Shown: positions 1 to 11,300 of the stretch, piece after piece
Position numbering within the stretch: position 1 is the first letter of the stretch
Layout: the number at the start of each line of letters is the position of its first letter
Source of the DNA: Ranitomeya imitator
Taxonomy: Eukaryota
Length of the DNA stretch: 64,000 nt
NCBI RefSeq assembly: GCF_032444005.1
Contig: NC_091283.1
Span: 177,072,001-177,136,000 of the forward strand
Direction: 5' to 3'
The notes under the pieces: model-generated
Told to the model about the DNA's origin: nothing
Database searches by the model: none
The model's input: only the letters and a program-made list of their open reading frames with translations
Translations under genes and position numbers: made by a program

Positions 1-2986
1 GTGAAAAGGAGAAAGTGGAACCGCGATATGGACGATTATAAAGAGGGGAATATCTATAATTGGCAAAAGGACAATGCAGGAGCTTGGAGGAAGAAAGGTT
101 TTTTCTTTCAGAGGGACTCTTGTTATGCATGTACTGATAAATCTCTGTTATCTAATCATGATTTTTTTAGGTCCAGATCCTACCAAAGAAAAAATGAGAA
201 CAGTAGGAAAAGAGGAGGAAAGAAACATCGTAGACAACAAAAAAGAGAAAAAAGGGAAAAACAAATCATTAGTAGAGAAACAGATGGCGACGAGGAGCAA
301 AGATCAAGCTTGATTGTCAACATCTCGGATAAAACACTTTCTAAAGAACAGGTATCTGTATTGAACAAAGGTCTGTCGTTTGGACTCAGTACACATGTTG
401 ATTGGTTTCAGCTTAAGGTACCTTCACATTTAGCGACGCTGCAGCGATACCGACAACGATCCGGATCGCTGCAGCGTTGCAGTTTGGTCGCTGGAGAGCT
501 GTCACACAGACTGCTCTCCAGCGACCAACTATGCCGGTAACCAGGGTAAACATCGGGTAACTAAGCGCAGGGCCGCGCTTAGTAACCCGATGTTTACCCT
601 GGTTACCAGTGAAGACATCGCTGGATCGGTGTCACACACGCCGATCCAGCGATGTCTCCAGGGAGTCCAGCGACGAAATAAAGTTCTGGACTTTCCTCAG
701 CGACCAACGATCTCCCAGCAGGGGCCTGATCGTTGGTCGCTGTCACACATAACGATTTCATTAACGATATCGTTGCTACGTCACAAATAGCAACGATATC
801 GTTAACAATATCGTTATGTGTGAAGGTACCTTTAGCGTTGACCTACAAAATTTCTTCAGGCTGATTAAATTGAAGGAGTGGTTTAGTTCTAGCCCTTACA
901 GTGGAAAAACTCCTATGAGTGAACTTAATTTACAAAACCTAGCCCTTAAGAAAAAAAGCAGTTTCACCCCATCTGAGAACTCACCAGCGATTGACGCATT
1001 TATATCTGCGGTAAATAATGATATTAAGAAACTGAGGGATGAATGTTCTAAGGAGTTTAAATACCCAAATATGACGAGGGGGGAAGTTAGAGCCCTACAA
1101 GATTTGATGGAGGATGATAAAATTATTATAAAAAAAGCCGATAAAGGCGGTGCAGTAGTTTTACTGAATAAAAATGATTATGTAGATGAGATTAAAAGAC
1201 AGTTGGCAGACCCGGGGGTGTACGAGAGACTTACATGTGATCCTAAATTTGCTATCGCTAGAGAAATTAAGACTGTTATTGATAGTGCCCTGGATAATAA
1301 AATTATTGATCAGGATCTGTATGATTTTTTGATTGTCAAGTTTCCAGTTACTCCAGTGCTGTATACATTGCCCAAGATCCATAAGTCTCTCGTACACCCT
1401 CCAGGAAGACCTATAGTCTCTGGGTGTAATTCTATCCTGTCTAACATTGGAATCCTTCTGGACAAGGTTCTCAATCCTATTGCAAGCAATGCAGAATCAT
1501 TTATTAGGGATACGGCTGATTTCTTGGAAAAAGTGAATGGTATAGAGATAGTGGGTGAAGTGTTGTTGGCCTCTTTCGATGTCACATCGCTTTACACATC
1601 TATTGACCATGGTCGAGGGCTGGATGCGATCCGTAGGAAGTTGGTGTCTACACAATATTCTGCTGAAACAAGGGAGTTTATATTACAACTATTGAAATTG
1701 GTATTGACGAAAAATTATTTTTTATTTGGAGATTTTTTTATTTGCAATTACGCGGGACCGCCATGGGCGCGAACATGGCGCCCGCGTATGCAAATATTGT
1801 TATGAGTACTTTGGAGGAGGACCTCGTCTATGTGTCCCACCACTTCAGCTATGTAGCGGCGTGGTGGAGATACATAGACTATGTCTTCCTCCTATGGTCA
1901 GGGACAAGAGACCAATTACTCGAATTTCATGAATATCTCAATACGATTGACGAGACAATCAAATTCACCCTTGTATACTCTGAAGAGAATATACAATTTT
2001 TGGATGTAAATGTCCAAAGGGTGAATGGTAGGTTAGCGACTCAATTATATACAAAAGCCACTGATAAGAATTATTTGTTACTCTTTAGTAGTCAACATCC
2101 AGAAAAAATGAAAGAGTCCATCCCATATAGTCAGTTGATACGAATTAAAAGAATTGAGAGCAATGAAGACTCTCTAGTAAAATCTATGGAGGGGACTCTT
2201 AGAAAATTTTCAGAAAGAGGGTACCCAAGAAATTTATTGCAAAGACAAAAGAACAGAGTTGATGTACTGCACAGAGAAAATCTACTTCAGAAAAAATCGC
2301 GTCCTAAAGAACTTAATCGCATCCCTTTTGTAACCACCTATTGTGAGGAAAGCAATGTGGTTGCGAATGTCATACGTAAGCACTGGGGAATGTTACACAA
2401 GTGTATACCCCAGGTAACAGAATTTGCCAAACCCCAAATTTTTTCTTATAAACGGAATCGCACCATCGCCTCTACCCTGATTAAATCAGACATAGGCTCT
2501 TTTAAAAAACAAGGCCAGAATACATTGACTAGTATTGATAGGAGGGGATGTTATCCGTGTTTGTCATGTGTAAATTGTAATTTAATGATCAAGGGCCAAA
2601 GTTTCTCTCATCCTAAAACTAATGAGGAGTTCAAGATTCGGCACTATTTGACGTGTGATTCAGACCATGTGGTCTATTTGCTACAATGTCCCTGCTCGTT
2701 ATGGTATGTCGGTGAGACTACATGTGAGTTCAAAACAAGAATCAATCAGCATCGACATACCATAAGGAAAAAACGCATGGACTTACCCGTTTCGAAACAT
2801 TTTACGGAAAAATCCCATACAGAAAAGGAACTTCGGTTTCGTATTATTGATACAATACCAGCCCAAAGAAGGGGTGGTGATCGAATTCAGCTACTTAAAA
2901 GAAGGGAGATGGAGTGGATTATGAGACTTAAGACTTTAAAGCCATATGGCCTGAATGTAGATTTTAAGTATAGCCAAATTATGTGA
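1..2986 (+). pseudogene. Disrupted PLE RT/GIY-YIG polyprotein ORF
   Basis: Interrupted by the MITE at 416-831 and by a frameshift in a T7 run (~1733-1739). The catalytic motif reads YIDY instead of YIDD. Confidence 0.88.
416..831. mobile_element. PIF/Harbinger-type palindromic MITE
   Basis: TIR AGGTACCTTCACA...TGTGAAGGTACCT; 3-bp TSD TTA at 413-415 and 832-834; several internal hairpins. Confidence 0.9.
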
Positions 2987-4220
2987 AATTGTGTATAGCA
3001 TGGTGATGATTTTGATTCTTTCCCTGACTTGATTGGTTTTGAAAAAATTTCTTGATTAAGGGATTACTAACATGTTTTCCTTTTTGTCTTTTTTTCTGTT
3101 TCAGATGTGCAGTCCTGTGCTATGAATATATGAGAAACTTATTTTATTTGTTTATATATTTTTTTTCAAAAAAATTTTTTTTGCCCATAAAAATGTTGGT
3201 CTAAATGGTTATATATTTTTTGTATACTTTCTCACTAAAAAAATTTTTCTTATAATTTTTTTGTAGATTTTTTTGTATTAAACTCGAGTTGTCATAGCAT
3301 TATCGGACTCATCTGTATAATAGCGTCGTGTAATACAATAAACTAATATAGGAGCAACCACGATGTGTTTGAGTGTCTGTTTTTCCTTAATGGGATATAT
3401 AGCTGGTGGCCATAGGATATGGACCGTTTTCTGTCACTTTAAATGGAGTGGAGAGGTGTCGGGGGTTTCTGCTCCCCCAATTAGTCTCTGCTTCCATATT
3501 TAGGTTTGGGACATTATTCCTTTATGTAGGGGTCCCCCTGATCCTGTGACAGTAAAGTGGGGTTATGCTCAGGTCCTTTAGTCCATGGCACATGAAAATC
3601 CCTTGGATTAGGAATGATAGTAACGCTTGCGTTTGGTCTGAGTGGTGGTGCTCAAAAATACAAGATAACGTAATCATTTCTGTGCACACGATGTCTTGCT
3701 TTATAATAGCTATGAGTCCGTTACTGCTAGATATTATTGTAGATTAACTGTACATAGCAATTTTGTTTTTGTTCCTTCATTCTTATGGGCAATGGTCTCC
3801 CTTAGTAAACATGGCGCCTGTGATCTTCGGTGTGACTCTGCGCAGCTGCGGGCTGTGGCGTTATGGGTCTATTGACTCTGACGTCACGGTCATGCGCAGT
3901 TGCGTGGTATGAACGCCGAGATCCGAGGCGTGCAGATCAAGAAATATATTTGTAAGTTACATATGTTCATGGCTCATCAGGATGGGTACACCTGATTTTA
4001 ATGTTTCACAATTGATTATTAAGAATATTTTAGGAATAATCACGCGACACTTTATGTCTATTGTTCACTGTTAATACACTGAATGGAGATGTTCCTTTTA
4101 CATGGAATCACTAATTTCATGGAGTGGTATTTATTATAACTTATTTATATTATTATATTTAATGAGCTCTGTAACGAGATGGATATTAGTAGCATATATA
4201 AGATTGTCTCACCTATGTGT

Positions 4221-4260
4221 TCACTGCTTGAGAAAGGATTTGTTATCCGAAACGTTGCCA
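4221..4260 (+). ncRNA. Putative minimal hammerhead ribozyme of the PLE pseudo-LTR
   Basis: UUGAGAA (U3-A8 variant of CUGANGA), extra A, stem II GGAU/AUCC with 5-nt loop, GAAA, then palindromic AACGUU. Located at the PLE 3' end just before AATAAA. Confidence 0.6.
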
Positions 4261-4308
4261 CGCCGTCCAGGCAATAAAGTCCACATCATTTTTTTATTAT
4301 TTGGTGCT

Positions 4309-4477
4309 NNNNNNNNNNNNNNNNNNNNNNNNNNNNNNNNNNNNNNNNNNNNNNNNNNNNNNNNNNNNNNNNNNNNNNNNNNNNNNNNNNNNNNNNNNNN
4401 NNNNNNNNNNNNNNNNNNNNNNNNNNNNNNNNNNNNNNNNNNNNNNNNNNNNNNNNNNNNNNNNNNNNNNNNNNNNN
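4309..4477. other. Assembly gap (N run)
   Basis: Run of N. Confidence 1.
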
Positions 4478-5198
4478 TATCTAAAACTCCTAATAAACCC
4501 CAAATTCTGATGCATGTAGTAATTCTCTCCTAGTAATGGCTGCAGGCGCAAATTACAGGAGAAGGAACACCATAGACGTCTAAAGCTACTGTCATTCATC
4601 ATCACAGCGTTGTGTTTGTTTGCTGCAATCATGGTAGGTCTAAATTTTTATTTTTTTTTGCAAACATGGCTGCAAAACCACTCATTTTGTTGTGACCACG
4701 ACAAAAAAAAAAAAAAAATTAAAAAACATCAGAGGCACCAATGTGTTCTTGCCTTCCATACGTTAGATTCACCAGGGACGCTACACGCAATCAAGAGAGA
4801 GTCTCGCATGCCCATTGTGCATAATATATGGTCAAGTTGGCAACAGATGCAGAGATAAATATTGCACGAGTTGCGGGGTGGTGCTGTCATTAACATGCAT
4901 GTAATCTGCAAGAAGAATTTGAGTGGGGAGCAAAATAAATCCTTACTTACCTCCCCCGCACTGTCCTCTCTCAGGCCTATATACCCCGCCGGTCTTCTGA
5001 CAATGTGGTGTAACTGCGATAGCTCAGTGCCAGGAGTCTGGCGGGGGACACAGGGCTGGGAGTGAAGACCGCCCAGGAGACATTTCTACTTTTTCTTAGG
5101 ATTACCCAGTTGTGGACAACCCCTTTAAACACTTTGTTGATTCCACTAAGAAGTCGATCAGAATGGGATTTGGTCAAATGATGATGAATGAATCGCAC

Positions 5199-5305
5199 CT
5201 TTTCTAGCTGCTTCTGCTGAGCAGAAATAGACGATAAGGTGCGCTCCAGCTCTGTTACTCTCTGTCGGGTCGACTGTAAACGCATGACAAGATCCTCCGC
5301 TTCCG
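5199..5305 (-). CDS. GOLGA2: GOLGA2 exon ([35 protein letters not shown])
   Basis: 107 nt, phase 1/0, coiled-coil, conserved. Confidence 0.93.
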
Positions 5306-8300
5306 CTGTAGGAAGAACAAAAAAAAACAAAACAAAAAAAAAAACAACACAACATATCAGTGCACATTGCAAACTTTTCATCTCCTCTAGTGACCTTGGG
5401 GTATATGAAATTCCATTTGTTAACAGATGACCAGGCCATCAGTACCCAGTTTCCCACACATGTATTGGGGAGCTAGCAATCATTACAACAGACTGACTAA
5501 ACTATAGAAATCTGGTGCTGGGTTGTCCGGTGTGTCTTGCTTGAACAGAGCCTTACATACAATATGAGGGTGTGAGAAGACGTACCTCCTTTCTGACGTG
5601 CTGCTTGCTGGGTGAATGACAGGGCGGTCTGCAATTCAGTTTTTTCCGATACCAATATTCCAATTGTCTGAATGTGAACCTAAAAAAGCAAATAAGTTCC
5701 ATCATCCTATACTATAGCACCCCCACAGGAGAAGAAAGATATTACACAATTGTCATTCAATTCATGGACGTCCTGGGTCCTCCAAGGGATCCCCTTTACA
5801 AGACTGATGGTGATGGGAAAACATGGCAATGACTTTCTCCAGAGCGCCTCACCTGTAGCTGTTCTCGGAGGGAACCTTGCTCTTTGGAAAACTTCTGTTC
5901 AAAACCTTTCCGCTCCTGGGAAGAAATCAGGAGGCACAAGTCAGATGATCTACAAACCCTCACCATGGTCATTGGGTTCTATGATGAACAACTTTACCTT
6001 ATCAAGCTGATCCATGACGTTCTGGTTCTGCTGTGTCTATTACAAAAGAGAAATATGGAGCGATCAAATATTTAAAAAAATAAAATTACACCTCATTTTG
6101 ACACTTGGAAATGCACAAGATCTGCTCTGTCTGCGAAGTTCTCTCCACTCACTTTTGTGTGTTTTAAAGACTGCCACGCTCGCTTGGGATATGGTTATAA
6201 CTAGAGATGAGCAGATTTGTTTGGGTCAGGGCTTATTCGGCGAGCTATAGCACTTACCGAATAAGCTGCAGAGGGAACTCGGATACATGGAGCGCACCGG
6301 CTGATCAGCTGCATGTGTCGCGGCTGTGTGACAGCTCCAGAGCCGAACAGTTACTGTAATCAGCCGATGCGCTCCATGTATCCGAGGTCCCTCTGCAGCT
6401 TATTCAGTAAGAACTATAGCTTGCCAAATAAGCCCAGACCCCCATCAAATTTACTCATCTCTAGTTATAACCCCATAAAAGGGTTTTGCAAATCATTAAA
6501 AAAGCGTGGCTACAGCTCCACTGCGATTTTGTAATTCAGAGCACAGGTCTTGGCCGGACCCCCATACTAAGCAAGTCATCGGCTAACATTTTAATCATAA
6601 GAATAGCCAAAGAGTCTGTGATTGAGATTAATACTGAACAATTCCTACTAGATTCCTCACTATATGAACAAAAGGCAATCAGTTTGGGGCAGGCTCCACC
6701 TATTAGGAGGAAAGGGACCCTGTGACCCCTGTAGGACGACTGTGCATGGCCCCTGCTCCAATAAGAGAACGTGGATTCTGGGTTAGAACATAAAGCGATT
6801 CCATAAATGGTTAAATGCAGAAAGCAAACACATAGCATAGAGGTAAATGAGAAGAGGGAGGTTGCAGGCAAGTGAGTAACAGTCAAATAGCAAGACCATG
6901 CCATTGTAGATGCAGCATTCACAGACCGAGGGTCCACAAGACCGTGCCATTGTAGATGCAGCATTCACAGACCGAGGGTCCACAAGACCGTGCCATTGTA
7001 GATGCAGCATTCACAGACCAAGGGTCCACAAGACCGTGCCATTGTAGATGCAGCATTCACAGACCGAGGGTCCACAAGACCATGCCATTGTAGATGCAGC
7101 ATTCGCAGAGCCCCCAGATCGAGGGTCCACAAGACCGTGCCGTTACACTGAGCACAGCGTTCGCTTCTTACCAGTTCCTCCAGCTTTGCACTGAGCTGCT
7201 TGTTTGTTACGTTACTGGAGTCCAAGGCAGCAGCCAAATCCTGGTAACGAGACTGCGGCGCATGCAATCACGAGAAGGGGATAGAGGCGGCCAGAAGAAA
7301 AGTCATAGGAAAAAGAAGACATCCAGGTATTAATGAACACTGCTACCAAATAATGAGACCGATCCTTAGTGTCACATACCAGTATCACACCCTGCCTCAT
7401 TTATACTGAGCGATATTCACCTACAGTGAATAAAAGGTCTTAAAAGGGGTATTCCCAATCCCAGTAATTAATGGCATAACCCTAGGACTTGCCAAGGGTG
7501 TCTAAGAGCGCACTCCCACAGAGCTGGGGACTGAAGCTAGCCTCGTTCACTTAACGAGAGCCTTGCTGTTCAGGTTATCTGGGAATGCCTCTGTGCAGTA
7601 AAAAAAAAAAAAAAAAAAAAAAAAGAAAATACGGGAACAAAGCGCTGCGGCCTCTCTATTCTCAGATCAGTGTAAGGGGATAACTTTCCAATTTGGAAAT
7701 AACCCTACAACATACTGTCCTTTCATACATGGAGGCTTACAAGCATGGCTGCGCCTCTATATCAATAAGTGTAAAGACATATGTAACCGTGACCACTCAA
7801 TCAATTTTCTCAACCAGGTAGTCACTCACCTCCACTTCTGGGCTTGAGGACGATATGATGTTTTCCCCATTTACGTAAGAGTTACCCTTAAATGATAAAA
7901 AGGTCATGATATTACTTGGAATTAAAAATAAATACATATACATGTCCTATACACTTAAGAGGCGTAGTTGAGCAATAGATACTGACACCTACCTGTGACA
8001 CCAAGCCATTCAGCTGCTCAGACAGCTGCCGGAGACTGTCTGTGGAGGAGACGAACCTACAAGACAGATTAACACAGGTTATATGCTGAGTTTATGGCAC
8101 TGCGTGGCGGTTTGGTGACGGATCTGCCCATTACACTAGACATAACTATGTAGCGCAAGACATCCCTGTCATAATATAAACATCATCTATAGCCCTTCTC
8201 CACAGCGGCAGTGCAGAGCTGTGTATGTTGCATGCTGCTAACTGATCTGTCTTGTGAAACGGCAAATGCTGCTCTATTGATACATACAAGTGAAGGTAAT

Positions 8301-11300
8301 CATCTGCCATATGCATCAATAGTCTCACAAGAGCAGGCAACAAACCCAGCCAGCTTGTCTCAGCCGCTCTATATGCATTCCCATCCTGCAGTAGGTCCTC
8401 TCAGGCCCGCTATATAGAGCCCACTTCTACAGTATAGATCTACTTTCTGTCCCCTGTTTACAGCCCCCTCCTGCAGAATCGCTCTCCTCTCATGCCCTAC
8501 ATACAGAGGCCTATTCAACAGGCCATCTCTCCTCTCATACGCTCTGTACAGAACTCCATCTTACAATAGGTCTCTCCTCAGCCCCTTGTATACAGTTCAC
8601 TTTGTAGTATCTCTCTCCTTTCTGTCCCCTCCATTTACAGGAGTGTTGTCTTCTATTGATGTATTGAAGAGTCATCAAAGCCGTGTGTGAAGGGGGCTGT
8701 CTAATAGCTTCTTTCCATATCTAAACTGGGCCCCTTCTGTCTATGAATTAGCTGAAATGGAGAAGGGGTCTGGCTTAGCTACTGAAAAGAGCAGTCAGCC
8801 AGCCTCCCTCATAGATAGCACTGATGACGAGCTGGCACCAGAACCGCTCCTGTGCTTGCTACAGGGCCAGAAGTGGAGTTTGTCTGCCAGCAATAAGTGC
8901 TTAGATCACACTCACCTCCTGCCGTCTGCTGCCATCTTTGTACCATCGTAGTCATTTTGCTGCAAAACAAAAAAAAATATGAGCACAAGAAGAAATACTG
9001 AGCCATGCAAAACTGGAAAGATCAAGAAGACAATGTAGGCAGGACACAGACATGGCAGCAGGCAGGTAATTATAGGGGGAGCCAACACCAAGGCATGAGA
9101 GGAGGGTCACCAGGTGAATACCATGTATTTTATACAAGCCATCACATACAGTGCTGGGGAGATTAAGACAATTCTCTGGTGATCAGCTGATCAATTTAAT
9201 TTGACGAGACCACCAATATCTAGAAACTATATACCAAGCTGATAAATACATGATATTTTATAGAGCGGAAAAACAGATCTCTGAAAGTAAATCATCACCT
9301 TTTACTGAAGTCAGCATCTACGTAATAGTAATGTGCAATTTCACATTTTTGGCTTGTTGTTACTTTACTGCCATCATGGAAACAATCAACAAGCAGGTTA
9401 GTGGCTGCTGTTGGCAGATCTAGGCTTGTTACACAATCAGATCCGTCATCAGCAGCCAGCTGACAGGTTCAATCAGATTTGCAATTTTGCATTCTTTGAG
9501 GCACAAATTAAGATTTCTCCAGAAAGTTTATTTTTGTCCGAGGGGATGAAGAGGAAAGAGAGAGATCTGAAGAGAGGGACTATATAAAAGTCTGCGGAAG
9601 GAGCAGGTGCAGTGTGTGGCAGTCGCACACCTCGGACAGTGGGTTGTTAAAGTGAGTTTCTGTTGGGGTTCTAGTATTATCCAAGTCATCCTCGGTTAGG
9701 ATTTCTGCGTCAGGATCGTCTCTCTCCAAGAGGACCTGTCAGAGCACACAACATGGGGTTAGCACAACACATGGATCCACACGGTACACGGGTAGAGGGT
9801 TAGGTTACCAGACTGACCCTATAGGATATGTAATCGCCTTATGGTGGGCGTGGGTCTGCCGCCTGGGACCCCCGTGATCCTCACCTGGCTTTTACTCAGC
9901 AGTGATGCTTCTAGTTGTGCACTTGAATGAGACGTTGTTGCTTCATCCAACACAGAGGCGACACAAGACCCCTATTTTCTCAGGATCTGGGGTCCCAGAG
10001 AGATCATAAATAGATCTGAAGCAGAACCCTGGTCCACCAGTCACTGGATCAGAGCCCTGCCAGTATCCCCAGCAATTCTGATCCACAGGCCTGGTGTGAC
10101 ATTATTACCGTAATTAGCTGGGGATGCAGGCAGGTAGCAGAGGGTTTGTCTGGAGGTATAGCCGATGAACCAGGGTCCTGAGAATCTTTTTGCAAAACTC
10201 TACACCATAAAGCATTTGTAAAAATAAAATTAAATTAAGAAAGAAATCGTGGTACTCACCCCTGCATAAAAAGGTCAGCAGACAAAAATATAAAGTTAAT
10301 GCACCCAAGAAGAAGCGTCTGCTTGGTGCGAAATGGCTGTTGCCCTTACACTGAAGTTTTCCATGTGCTACTACGCAGCAATAGCAAAAAAGATTTTGGG
10401 GAATAAAGTGTGCTGAACTTTCATGCATGGGGGAGTGCCGCAAATTCGTTCTTCTTTTGTACAAATATCTGTGAACTTTGAGTATTTGCTGAGCACCATT
10501 CAAGTGTATGGAGAAATGGTTTGAGCTGAGTGCTGGTATTAACCCTTCAATACTGTCCAACCATAAAGTGACTGCATATCCCAACGTTCCTAAATGGTTA
10601 AAGAGGGGAAAACTCCTAGGATGGGTCAGTCTGGTCATAGAAGCACAAATTGAAGATAAAAACAGAAATTAGAAAAGGACTGAACATTAAATACAAATGC
10701 GACAAGAACCAAGTGGGGTTAAAACGGTGTGACGAGTTACTAATTGTGCTCTCAGGGGGCGACTACACTTCTTACTGGCAGAGCAAGCAGTCCGGCTACT
10801 GAAGAGACCATCTCCTGCACAGCAGCTAAGGTGGGAGAGGTCGCCGGACCACCAATACTTAGGGCTGCATGCCAGTCAGCGTCCTGCCTTGCAGAGCACC
10901 CCCCACAGGCTGTACACAGAACTGCAGTGCAACCCCTACAGCAGCTTCATCTTCAGGAATCGGAGGCCCCCCCCATAGAGGGATCCCACCCATCATAAAG
11001 TGACGCCATGTCCTAGGAACAGATATCACTTTATAAGAAGCCAAATACCCCTTTAACCCTTCATATTGATCATCCCACGTATCCGGAGTGCCATTACCTC
11101 TGCACACTGGGGGTTGTAGTTCTCCAGCTCTGACATTTACATGGTGACGTGTCGCCTGTGACTCACATCCCTACCTCTCAGTAATTCCAGTTTGGCTAGT
11201 TAGAGAGGTGTCGGGATACAGGATCATAAGGGAGGAGGGAAAACGACGCCTGTGAAATAGTCACTGGCGATTTGTGACTTCCTGCACCTTCCCCACTGAA

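Larger units (their letters stand above)
1..4308 (+). mobile_element. Penelope-like retroelement (Neptune-type), 5' end outside window, 3' end runs into assembly gap
   Basis: ORF pieces 1-415, 835-~1739 and ~1740-2986 give RT motifs (KADKGGAVV, LYTLPKIHK, GRPIVS, FDVTSLYTSI, GTAMGANMAP, FLDV), a CxxCxxC knuckle (CYPCLSCVNC) and a GIY-YIG endonuclease (VVYLLQCPCSLWYVGET). The 3' region has a CRE (3879-3886), an HHR-like motif and AATAAA (~4273). Confidence 0.92.

Noticed and set aside
10770-10885. Open minus-strand segment ending at a gtaaga donor as another GOLGA2 exon
   Set aside because: The in-phase acceptor lacks a pyrimidine tract and there is no similarity to GM130.
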